Made by a program: the position numbers and the translations under genes. Shown here one piece after another: positions 7,140-16,031 of a DNA stretch of 32,000 bases (positions are counted from its first letter, which is position 1; every line of letters starts with the position of its first letter). The notes beneath the pieces are model-generated. The model did not search any database. It saw only the letters and a list, made by a program, of their open reading frames with translations, and had not been told where the DNA came from. Source of the DNA: an uncultured Methanobrevibacter sp. (GTDB lineage: Archaea; Methanobacteriota; Methanobacteria; Methanobacteriales; Methanobacteriaceae); the NCBI RefSeq assembly GCF_947166415.1, contig NZ_CAMVEE010000015.1:1413-33412 (forward strand). Direction: 5' to 3'.

Positions 7140-7631
7140 TTAAGGACCCTCGCCATCATAAGTTGAGGCATCATCATATATTTCCTCATCCCAATAATTA
7201 TACTCAATATAATCATCGATTTCCTGATTCAGACCCCAATGATGGTCATCATAATAGGTATATGGATTAAAAGAATTTTTAGAATATACCGTGACTATGT
7301 CGGTTTTCTCGGCGGTTTTATAATGGGAATCGCCGTCGAATTTGACATTTACATTGTACATTCCAGGATCATATTTCAATCGGATTTCACTATAAGGCTT
7401 ATATGCCCATTTATAATTTCCATATTTGTCTGTGATATTATAATGAATGGTCCCCTTACTTTTTATAGATTTTCCATGACTATCAACCAATTTAATTGTG
7501 ATGTAACCGTTATTACCGTTACCATTATCAGAACTGATTTTGACTTTGACATTCTCTTTAGCGAATGCCGGTGCGGTCAACAATAAACAAACAGAAACAA
7601 AAACCAGCAGCATAATGATTTTCCTATCCAT
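7140..7631 (-). CDS. Secreted protein with signal peptide, beta-rich domain and acidic Tyr/Asp-rich C-terminal tail
   Basis: GGTGAT RBS 5 nt before ATG 7631 (MDRKIIMLLVFVSVCLLLTAPAFA, signal-peptide-like). The track start at 7655 lacks an RBS. C-terminus: YTYYDDHHWGLNQEIDDYIEYNYWDEEIYDDASTYDGEGP. Confidence 0.6.
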   Translation of the reverse strand: MDRKIIMLLVFVSVCLLLTAPAFAKENVKVKISSDNGNGNNGYITIKLVDSHGKSIKSKGTIHYNITDKYGNYKWAYKPYSEIRLKYDPGMYNVNVKFDGDSHYKTAEKTDIVTVYSKNSFNPYTYYDDHHWGLNQEIDDYIEYNYWDEEIYDDASTYDGEGP

Positions 7632-7747
7632 TGAAATCACCCATATAATGTGCATATATTGTTACTAATACTATTTAAGTCTTTAAAGAATGTTGAATAA
7701 AACAACATTTAAATCATTTAACACCCAAACATAGTAACGGTGATTGA

Positions 7748-8209
7748 ATGATAGACTATGAAGACATTATGAAGGATGCGCCGCATCTGATTTGCTATTT
7801 GATTTCATTGTCCAAAACACATGATTTTTACATAAATAAGCATATTAAAAACGAAACTGAAATTTTGCCGAGCCAATATTACATGTTGATGTTTTTATAT
7901 CATGAAATGGGAACCAACCAATCTGACATTGCAAAAGCCTGCTTAATGGACAGAAGCGGAGTTTCAAGGGCTTTTAAAGATTTTGAAGAAAAAGGATTGA
8001 TAACAAGAGAAATAGATGAAAACAATAAAAGAGCCTATAAAATTGCATTGACCCAAAAGGGAATCGAAACAGCCCAATTTTTAGAAAGAAAAGAATTAGA
8101 ATGGGATGAAATGATTTGTGAAGAACTGGACATTTCACGTGATGAATTGTTCAAAACACTATCTGAATTGTCCTTAAAATCATTGTATTTCAACAGAAAA
8201 CATTTCTAA
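7748..8209 (+). CDS. MarR-family winged-helix transcriptional regulator
   Basis: 153 aa. The central wHTH segment QSDIAKACLMDRSGVSRAFKDFEEKGLITRE..ENNKRAYKIALTQKG is typical of MarR/SlyA. GGTGAT RBS at 7738-7743. Confidence 0.75.
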   Translation: MIDYEDIMKDAPHLICYLISLSKTHDFYINKHIKNETEILPSQYYMLMFLYHEMGTNQSDIAKACLMDRSGVSRAFKDFEEKGLITREIDENNKRAYKIALTQKGIETAQFLERKELEWDEMICEELDISRDELFKTLSELSLKSLYFNRKHF

Positions 8210-8916
8210 TCATATCCGTCGGATACGAGATATTCATCGATATAATCATTATCACCATAATCATAATGGTCATAGTACCAGTCAGGATCCCGTTCCGCTA
8301 TGGTGTATGGAGAATCATCAACCCCTCCATAATGACTGTGCCCGCTGCCAGAACTTGAATAATATGTTGATTGAGTCTGGTAAGTTGGGAAAAACTCATT
8401 TTTATCCAAATCAAGAATATGATATAACAGTTTGGATTCGGAATAGGTAATCTTATCAGAATTAATGATAATTCCATATATGCTTTCTGTTTTTGGACTG
8501 TATTCCATGAAGCACAATCCACCATCACTTCCAGTGACATAATCTGATATGTATAATATCTTGTCATGATTAAAAACACTATACCTGCTAGGATCTACCT
8601 TCCAAACAATCATATACCCTTTATCACCCGAAGTGTCAACATAAGAGATGTTTTTTGCATCGCTCCAAGACAGATTAGTTATCTTGTTGGTGTCGAAATA
8701 GCCATCAGGAATGTTCTTCTCGCCAACTTTAACGCAATTGTCCAAAGTGGCAACCAATATGCCATCTCCCCCAATGTCCTCAACAACCTTTTCACCATAA
8801 ACTGCCCTGGAAGGCGGGAAAATCATATTGGATACGGTACCCACAACGAATCCAACTATCAAAATGAAAATTAATAATGCAACTAAAAAAACGACTATCT
8901 CTTTTGCTTTTGACAT
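8206..8916 (-). CDS. N-terminally membrane-anchored extracytoplasmic protein with acidic Tyr/Asp-rich C-terminal tail
   Basis: A single N-terminal TM helix (IVVFLVALLIFILIVGFVVG) is followed by a soluble domain. Then comes a Ser/Gly/His stretch (SSSGSGHSHYGG) and the tail DPDWYYDHYDYGDNDYIDEYLVSDGYD, which resembles the tail of the 7140..7631 product. Confidence 0.6.
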   Translation of the reverse strand: MSKAKEIVVFLVALLIFILIVGFVVGTVSNMIFPPSRAVYGEKVVEDIGGDGILVATLDNCVKVGEKNIPDGYFDTNKITNLSWSDAKNISYVDTSGDKGYMIVWKVDPSRYSVFNHDKILYISDYVTGSDGGLCFMEYSPKTESIYGIIINSDKITYSESKLLYHILDLDKNEFFPTYQTQSTYYSSSGSGHSHYGGVDDSPYTIAERDPDWYYDHYDYGDNDYIDEYLVSDGYD

Positions 8917-9055
8917 AATAATATATAAACAAATTATATACTATTATACTTATCGTTTTTAAATACCGATTAATAAAATAAATAATTAAAAATCACTTAA
9001 TTTTTCAATATTAGCTTCAACAAAGCTTAAATTACAGCTCATACAATTAATAGCT

Positions 9056-10309
9056 ATGATAGAATTAGTCATTGCTTGTTTTATAGGCATATCAATCGGA
9101 ACGTTAACCGGGATGATACCTGGAATACATGTCAATACGGCTGGCGCAATACTCTTTGCTTCTTCAGCCGTTCTGCTTCAGGCATTGTCTGCAGAATTTC
9201 TTTGTGTTGTAATGGTTTCGATGTCCATAGCTCATGCTCTGATTGAATTTATCCCATCTATGCTTTTGGGAGTGCCGCAAGAGGGAACTGCAACATCAAT
9301 TCTTCCTGGACATCGGATGGTTCTCCAGGGCAGATCAAAAGAAGTGATAAGAATCGTTTCTGTTGGAGGATTCGGAGCGATTATAGTGACAATAGCAATG
9401 CTTCCGATTTTTGCAGTTGCCCTTCCGATTTTGCATGAATTTACAAAACCGTTTACATGGATTATCCTATTGGTCGCATCGATTTATCTGACATACCACT
9501 TGACAAGCTCCCGAAGGGATTTTGTATGGTCCCTGCTTCTCTTCACACTATCCGGAATTCTGGGCTGGACTATATTTCAAACACCAATCTCCTCCGGAAT
9601 TTCAATGATGTGCACATTTTCAGGACTGTTTGGAATAAGCACTATCTTGTTTAGCCTAAATGACTCCTCAACAATACCCCATCAAAACAAGTTTTATGAG
9701 CTGAATCTGAATTTCGACAAAATGAAAAGTATATTTGCAGGAGGAATAACCGGCGCGATATTGGGTTTTCTTCCGGGTTTTGGACCTGCCCAAGGGACAG
9801 TCATTGCACAGGCAGCAAGTGGAACAGACGATAACAGCGATGATGATACCGTCAATTTTTTACTTGCAACTTCTGGACTGAACATATCAGATTGTCTTTT
9901 TTCATTGATTGCCATTTACATCATAGGAAATCCAAGAAGCGGAATTGCAGTCTACATGTCCTATCTGATATCTGAAATGACATTGAATCACCTGATAATA
10001 TTTATTTTCGCATCACTCCTTGCAGTATCTGTATCTTTAGCAATATCCTTGAAATTGGGCGATTCATTTTCAAAAATAATGGATGGTATTGATTATAAGA
10101 AACTGTCAATAGGGGTTGTTCTGCTTCAGATCTTAATCCTATACGTCTTCATCATTTATTATCAGGGCCCAATTTTCTACATGACCCTCGCTTTAGTCAC
10201 ATCGACTGCACTGGGACTCCTTCCCCATTACATTGGAGTTGGAAAGTCCCATCTTATGGGTGTTTTAATCATTCCTGCAATTGTAATTTATATGCAGATG
10301 TTTTTCTAG
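9056..10309 (+). CDS. Polytopic membrane protein, TctA/DUF112-like
   Basis: 417 aa and highly hydrophobic. The motifs G.L.GMIPGIH and LGFLPGFGPAQG recall the repeated G..PG motifs of the TctA (DUF112) family. Assigned from memory of the family only. Confidence 0.45.
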   Translation: MIELVIACFIGISIGTLTGMIPGIHVNTAGAILFASSAVLLQALSAEFLCVVMVSMSIAHALIEFIPSMLLGVPQEGTATSILPGHRMVLQGRSKEVIRIVSVGGFGAIIVTIAMLPIFAVALPILHEFTKPFTWIILLVASIYLTYHLTSSRRDFVWSLLLFTLSGILGWTIFQTPISSGISMMCTFSGLFGISTILFSLNDSSTIPHQNKFYELNLNFDKMKSIFAGGITGAILGFLPGFGPAQGTVIAQAASGTDDNSDDDTVNFLLATSGLNISDCLFSLIAIYIIGNPRSGIAVYMSYLISEMTLNHLIIFIFASLLAVSVSLAISLKLGDSFSKIMDGIDYKKLSIGVVLLQILILYVFIIYYQGPIFYMTLALVTSTALGLLPHYIGVGKSHLMGVLIIPAIVIYMQMFF

Positions 10310-11211
10310 ATAACCAATACGTTGTTTGCTATTTTTTCTGCCTTTTCGGTTATCTCAGAAATGTCTGAACCAGGAAATGCGTCAATGACGCACAGTTCAG
10401 CATTGCCCACATCCAAATCCTCAAATGGTTCGTTATGTATTTCAAATCCTTCGGTGATTTCATTGAGTTTTAAGTTTCTTTTTAGTGTTTCAATTGCTTC
10501 AGGATAGATGTCGTTGAAAATCACCTTTTCAAATCCGTATTTCAATAAATAAATTCCTATGGCTCCCCCACCACACATCCCATCAATAGCTACTGCAGGG
10601 CTGATTTTGTTGTTTTCAAGATAATTGTGCAGTTTTACCAGTTTAGTTTCAGTGGTCATTGCAACTTCAATATGGCTTTTGGACTGGTTTTTGGTCAAAA
10701 TAAGCTTTTCACCAAGCAGTGTCCTGACAACATTTGTTTGTTCATCGTTTCCCTGAAGCAATTCGAAGTGGCTGATGTCGGAATCTTTGTCAAACTGACC
10801 GGCAACATCAGAGGGACTTCCTTTCAAAACCCCTTTAACTTCTGAAACTTCGTTCATCAGCCTTGCGGCAACAGCATCGTTAAAATCAGGGTGAAGCAAT
10901 ATCAACATTTCATTTCCTATGAATTGTGGGTTTAAGCTACTGTAATAGAATGTTGATAACGGCACCGGCGAATTTCTCCTGAGAGTTGCCTTTTCTCTGA
11001 CGATTCCCTCCTCAATCATGATTTTTAGAATATGTGCCATCACTATATCAATTGGCCTTTTTCCGCATGTGCATCTCATGAAATCATCATCCAAATTGTC
11101 GAAATCATCATAGTCCATTATCGGAGAAAACTTTTTTATCTGAATATCTTGACAGTTTTCACATTCTTTTATTGCTTCAATATTCTCATTTAGATTTTCT
11201 TTGGTTATCAT
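10306..11211 (-). CDS. SAM-dependent methyltransferase with N-terminal Cys-rich region (Trm1-like motifs)
   Basis: The C-terminal half has the class I MTase motif I IDGMCGGGAIGIYLL..G..KVIFNDI and a motif IV-like VIDAFPGSD, comparable to D-x-DPFGS of Trm1. ATG 11211 is preceded by GGGG 8 nt upstream. The track start at 11223 is a GTG. Confidence 0.5.
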   Translation of the reverse strand: MITKENLNENIEAIKECENCQDIQIKKFSPIMDYDDFDNLDDDFMRCTCGKRPIDIVMAHILKIMIEEGIVREKATLRRNSPVPLSTFYYSSLNPQFIGNEMLILLHPDFNDAVAARLMNEVSEVKGVLKGSPSDVAGQFDKDSDISHFELLQGNDEQTNVVRTLLGEKLILTKNQSKSHIEVAMTTETKLVKLHNYLENNKISPAVAIDGMCGGGAIGIYLLKYGFEKVIFNDIYPEAIETLKRNLKLNEITEGFEIHNEPFEDLDVGNAELCVIDAFPGSDISEITEKAEKIANNVLVI

Positions 11212-11344
11212 AGTAAACCCCACAATTATTCAATATTATATTATTGTTTTAACTCAATAATTATGCTTTTGAAAGTAATAAAAACTTTATTAATTAGTAT
11301 TACCAACCCCAATAATATCAAAAAACGATTTGCAGGTTATTAAA

Positions 11345-12775
11345 ATGAAAAATAAGCACGATTTAAGCAATAATAATGTGATACCACAATATAATATCCT
11401 TAAACAAAATTACACTCCTGAGGAAAAAATTATTTTAAATGAAATCCGTGAAACATTAGTGGACATGGCAGTCTCAAGCGGTGAAAATTTCCAAGCCGAC
11501 GAGGAAAAGCTGTACAGTGACATAAAATCATTTCTGTTCAACAGACTGTCCGGCAACATATCTAATGACTACCTACATGAATTATCTGGAAAATTACTTC
11601 GAGACATAATTGGATATGGGAAAATCGATTCATTGATTCAGGACGATGATCTAGAAGAAATAATGGTAATTGGAGTCAATAAGCCCATTTTTGTCTATCA
11701 CAGAAAATACGGTATGATGAGAACAAATGCCGAATTCGAAAATGAGCGGGAGCTGTTGGATCTGATTGATTCCATGGCGCGCCAAATCAATAGGCGAATC
11801 GATCAGGAATCACCAATTTTAGACGGCAGATTGATGGACGGTTCAAGAATCAATGCAACAATTCCCCCAGTTTCGGCAGATGGACCCTCCTTAACCATCC
11901 GTAAATTCAAAAAAGACCCATTGACCATCATTGATTTGATAAAATCAAAAACGATTTCCCTCGAATTGGCTGCATTTTTCTGGCTGTGCTTTGACGGTTT
12001 GGGAGTGAAATCTGCAAATGCAATCATCTCAGGAGGGACAAGTTCCGGCAAAACAACGACATTGAATGCATTATCAGCATTTATAAATCCAAAGGAAAGA
12101 ATTATCACGATTGAGGATACATTGGAACTTCAAATACCTCATGAACATGTTATAAGAATGGAAACAAGGCCTCCCAACACTGAAAACAAAGGAGAACTGA
12201 CTATGGATGACCTGGTCAAGAATTCCCTTAGGCAAAGACCTGACCGAATAATTGTTGGTGAAGTCAGGGCTAATGAAGCTACAACATTATTCACCGCATT
12301 GAATACCGGCCATTCAGGATTTGGAACCCTTCATTCAAACAGTGCTCGTGAAACCATCACCAGACTAACGACCGAACCCATGTCCGTTCCAAAGATAATG
12401 ATTCAAGCCATCGATTTTATTATAATGCAAAGCAGAATCTACGCTCCCTCCGGTGTCGCCTACAGGAGGATAAGCGAAGTTGCAGAAGTGGTGGGGATTG
12501 AGGAAGACACCATACAGTTAAACAGGATATACGAATGGAATCCTGAAAAGGACATTATTGAAAATGTTGGGATAACCAGCAAAACATTAACTCAGATAGC
12601 AAATTTGAGCGGCAAATCATTATATGAGCTTTCAAAGGAAATTGAAAACAGAAAACTTATCTTAAAACATATGCTGAATCATAAAATCCACAACGTAAAC
12701 GATGTCAATGCAGTTCTGGCATTATACTATGACAATCCCCAAAAAGTCCTGAACAGAGTAATATTAAACAGGTGA
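11345..12775 (+). CDS. Type II/IV secretion-family ATPase (archaeal type IV pilus/archaellum FlaI/PilB-like)
   Basis: Walker A GGTSSGKTTTLNAL, the RQRPDRIIVGEVR box, and the His box GHSGFGTLHSNS. The first ATG is at 11345; the track start at 11330 is TTG. Confidence 0.85.
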   Translation: MKNKHDLSNNNVIPQYNILKQNYTPEEKIILNEIRETLVDMAVSSGENFQADEEKLYSDIKSFLFNRLSGNISNDYLHELSGKLLRDIIGYGKIDSLIQDDDLEEIMVIGVNKPIFVYHRKYGMMRTNAEFENERELLDLIDSMARQINRRIDQESPILDGRLMDGSRINATIPPVSADGPSLTIRKFKKDPLTIIDLIKSKTISLELAAFFWLCFDGLGVKSANAIISGGTSSGKTTTLNALSAFINPKERIITIEDTLELQIPHEHVIRMETRPPNTENKGELTMDDLVKNSLRQRPDRIIVGEVRANEATTLFTALNTGHSGFGTLHSNSARETITRLTTEPMSVPKIMIQAIDFIIMQSRIYAPSGVAYRRISEVAEVVGIEEDTIQLNRIYEWNPEKDIIENVGITSKTLTQIANLSGKSLYELSKEIENRKLILKHMLNHKIHNVNDVNAVLALYYDNPQKVLNRVILNR

Positions 12776-12824
12776 TATCATTCTAAAAAGATTCTTTATA
12801 ATTGTTGGAGGCATAACTCTAAAA

Positions 12825-13679
12825 TTGACAGATTCAATAAGGGAATTTCCAATAAAAGAAATGAAAAATGAACCTGAAAACGATGAAGTCACCGCGAAAA
12901 TATTTTCAAGATTTGATTTTGAACAGGAAAATCCTTCAAAAGAAAGCAGAATAGACGAAACTAGAGAAATTCTGATTAAGCACATGCTAACAAAAAGGAT
13001 TTTACCAATTTACGTGACTTTATTTGTTTTGATTGCTATCCTTGCAGGTTTGGAGCTGGCTGGAATTTATTTAACTTTCCTATCAATGACATGTGTCTTC
13101 CTCATTTATTATCCTCAAATCAAAGAGAAAAACAGCTATGCAAATTTGAATCGGGACCTGCCATACGCTTTGAGACATATGGGGATTGAGTTAAAATCCG
13201 GAAAAGGATTGCACGACACGCTACATACAATAAGAAATGCGAATTATGGGGTGCTCTCTGAAGAATTCAATAGGGTTCTGGAAGAAGTAAAATATGGCAA
13301 GCCTACTGAAGAATCACTTTTGGAAATGTCCCATCGGGTCAAATCTGAAGGGCTTAAAAGAACAATACATCAAATCATCGGAACTTTGAGAGTTGGAGGA
13401 AATTTGGCAAACAGCTTGGATGTCATCGCACAGGACATATCATTTGAGACCCGAATCAAATTAAAGGAATATTCGCAAAAATTAAATTCTTTCATCCTGA
13501 TTTATACATTCATAGCCATTTTAGCCCCCGTCGTCATACTTATTATGGCAATGGCCGGCTCTACCGTAATGGGAGACCTGATATCCGGAAATTTATTATT
13601 AATAATATATTCCCTCTTCTTCCCTTTGATTGTCATGTTTATGGGAATGCTTATTAAAAAACTAGAACCTAATATATGA
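12825..13679 (+). CDS. T2SSF-domain membrane platform protein (TadB/C, FlaJ-like, single domain)
   Basis: A cytoplasmic helical segment (LPYALRHMGIELKSGKGLHDTL...EVKYGKPTEESL...GGNLANSLD) is flanked by TM helices, and the gene lies directly after the ATPase. The start is either TTG 12825 (immediately after an in-frame TAA; GGAGG about 12 nt upstream) or ATG 12861. Confidence 0.7.
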   Translation: MTDSIREFPIKEMKNEPENDEVTAKIFSRFDFEQENPSKESRIDETREILIKHMLTKRILPIYVTLFVLIAILAGLELAGIYLTFLSMTCVFLIYYPQIKEKNSYANLNRDLPYALRHMGIELKSGKGLHDTLHTIRNANYGVLSEEFNRVLEEVKYGKPTEESLLEMSHRVKSEGLKRTIHQIIGTLRVGGNLANSLDVIAQDISFETRIKLKEYSQKLNSFILIYTFIAILAPVVILIMAMAGSTVMGDLISGNLLLIIYSLFFPLIVMFMGMLIKKLEPNI

Positions 13680-13701
13680 AAAAATAAAAAAAAGAAAGGA
13701 A

Positions 13702-14421
13702 TTAACCAAAGAAGTTCTCAATTCCTTTTGATGCCAACAATCCTACAAAGGCACCTTGTTCATCCATAATAATATTGCCTTTTGAGTATTGGTCAACTGC
13801 AGCATTAACCATAGCGGATTTTACAGAAGGCTCCTTTGCCTTTTGAGCTGCCGCCTTAACAATACTAAGTACCGCGTCAGCCCGAGATACGCCATTACCC
13901 CAATCCTCTTCACGAATAATGTCGATTCCGCTTGCAGTAGTTTTTGTTCCATTTACCTCAATCTCACCGGCTGCGGAAAGTATTGCATCTAATGCCTTGC
14001 TGTTAATTGCCACGACATTGTCTATGGATTCGTTTGTACGGTATTCCACAATTTCCTTAGCAAGCCTCATTCCTTCAGCATTGTCTGCACTGTAAAAGGC
14101 ATCATGCATCAGCAATGCTGATCCTGCACCTTGCTTTTGATATTCTTCCGGTTCAGAAGCGGTTGGATGTGTCATCCCACCAGGATAAAATGCGGAATAA
14201 TTCTTTAAATTACCATTTTCCAAATGAATGATAAATGCCATATCACATGCGCCCATACCCGGTCTGTCTTCACTTTCGTCAATGGCACAGACCAAAATAT
14301 TCTTATTTCCATTGGATAATTCGGAATGGTCACCCATGAAAAGCGCACCTGCAATTATTAAAACTAATCCAATAAGAACTACAATTAAAATGGCAATGAT
14401 AAGCTTTTTTGTCCTACCCAT
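13702..14421 (-). CDS. Membrane-anchored extracytoplasmic protein, LytR-CpsA-Psr (LCP)-like
   Basis: An N-terminal TM anchor is followed by NILVCAIDESEDRPGMGACDMAFIIHLENG... and ...IDNVVAINSKALDAILSAAGEIEVNG. These parallel the LCP pattern (N-ILLLG-D.R...RSDT-M...; ID-Y--VNF-GF---VDALGG--V). The similarity is weak and judged by eye. Confidence 0.4.
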   Translation of the reverse strand: MGRTKKLIIAILIVVLIGLVLIIAGALFMGDHSELSNGNKNILVCAIDESEDRPGMGACDMAFIIHLENGNLKNYSAFYPGGMTHPTASEPEEYQKQGAGSALLMHDAFYSADNAEGMRLAKEIVEYRTNESIDNVVAINSKALDAILSAAGEIEVNGTKTTASGIDIIREEDWGNGVSRADAVLSIVKAAAQKAKEPSVKSAMVNAAVDQYSKGNIIMDEQGAFVGLLASKGIENFFG

Positions 14422-14793
14422 AGTAAAACCTACCTTTAATTAATTTTGTAAGGGAGTATATTTTTTTTATCGTACTTAAATATTACCACATAATTGAACA
14501 AAATAATAAAAATTACTTACAATTGCAGCCAAAAAATAAACACCATAATCTTTTCAAGATACTTTTCTTCTCTTTTTTATCTTCTTCAATAGAACAGCAT
14601 TTAGCTTTGTTTTCTGTTTTGACCATAAAAATCAACTAAAAATTTGATATGTGGAAATTAAATATGAAAATCATATTTAATTTCTTGAGAGTAGTTATAT
14701 GTCTTAATCAACTAAGAAAATTTGTTATTAATCAATTAAACAACAATAATCGGAGCCTTATATGGTTTAAAACCAAGACATATCGCAATTAAA

Positions 14794-14877
14794 TTTAGGC
14801 ATTCCTAAAATTAATCACTAATTATAATATTCATCTCAGACTATATAAATGTTTCTAAATTTTTAGGTTTACCTAAA
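14794..14877 (-). promoter_or_regulatory. Third operator-TATA-operator module (iron-box-like), pointing toward 14421
   Basis: TTTAGGCATTCCTAAA 14794-14809 and TTTAGGTTTACCTAAA 14862-14877. On the minus strand, AGAAACATTTATATA (plus 14842-14856) lies between them. Spacing and orientation match the modules at 6841-6925 and 17203-17289. Confidence 0.55.
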
Positions 14878-14986
14878 AAATGAGGGGATTCTGACTTCAA
14901 GCAGGAAAACAAAAATGAGAAAAATTCAGTTAACTTATTATTTAACAAAACATAAACAATTAATTATAAATCATGGGGAACATCTG

Positions 14987-16030
14987 ATGGGAAAAAATAG
15001 AGTCGAATGGATTGACCTTGTGAGGGCTATCGCAATTTAACCGTTTTATATATCCATGCAACCGATGGAATTTTCATCATTTCATCTGATGCAATACTGA
15101 ACTACACTATTTATTCAAGAATATTCAATTTTGCATCCCTTTTCATCGGTCGTATAGGCGTCCCTTTCTTTTTAATGATAACCGGGTATCTGCTATTGGA
15201 TAGGCACTATGATGATGAGCGTGTCCGTAAGTTCTGGAAAAAAAACTGCAAATGACTAATCATAATTACTGTCATCTGGTCAATAATTTATGCAATAAGC
15301 CTTCAGGTAATTACAGTTGAAAGTGCCCAAGTTAACATTTCAGAAGCCGGAAACTTATTCTTCAGTCACATGTGGTATATGCCTATGATTATCGGAATGT
15401 ATCTTTCAATACCATTTGTTTCCGCGGCTCTTGAGCGATTTGACCCGAAAACAATCTATCAGGCAACTATAGTGTTTACACTATTGGCATTCCTGCTTCC
15501 ATTCATTACAACAGTAATGGCCATGCACGGCATCCAAAATGTCAATATCCAATATTGCCTCGGATTCAGCGGAGGAGTTTATGGAATTTATATAATTCTT
15601 GGATATTTAGTTAAAAAAGGATTGTTTAAAAAGTATTCTTCCGGCAAATTGGGAATACTTGCAATAGTATCATTTTTAATTTGCGTAGTGTTCCAGTATT
15701 ATTCATTCATTAAGGGATATGATTTTTTCCTATGGTATGAATTCCCATTCGTTTTGACCGGATCATTCGCATTGTTTGAACTTTGCTCTAGAATGGACAA
15801 TGTTAGAGCATACCCTCTAGTTAAATTCTTATCAAAATACTCATTTGCAGTCTTTTTAGTGCACAACATATTCAGATTGCCGTTGCTTCCACTTGTTGTG
15901 CTGCTTCCTTATTCAGAACCGGTCAAAAGCAATAATACTTTGGATTTTATTGATAATCTTCAGTTACATTGCTACTGTAATAATCTATAGAATCCCAAAA
16001 TTTGGAAAATATATTCTGTACATGAGATAG
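14987..16030 (+). pseudogene. Acyltransferase family 3 (OafA-like) gene disrupted by two frameshifts and one nonsense codon
   Basis: MGKNRVEWIDLVRAIAI then TAA at 15038. The sequence continues one frame over as LTVLYIHATDG...GVPFFLMITGYLLL (typical acyltransferase-3 N-terminus). An in-frame TGA lies at 15253-15255. The 15370..15990 ORF (HMWYMPMIIGMYLSIPF...) continues. A further shift near the A-run around 15925 restores ILLIIFSYIATVIIYRIPKFGKYILYMR, ending at TAG 16028-16030. Confidence 0.75.
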
Positions 16031-16031
16031 T

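Noticed and set aside
7046-7586. Plus-strand ORFs 7046..7270 and 7239..7586
   Set aside because: The first starts at a non-ATG codon inside the candidate sRNA and runs antisense into the secreted-protein gene. The second is a pure antisense shadow.
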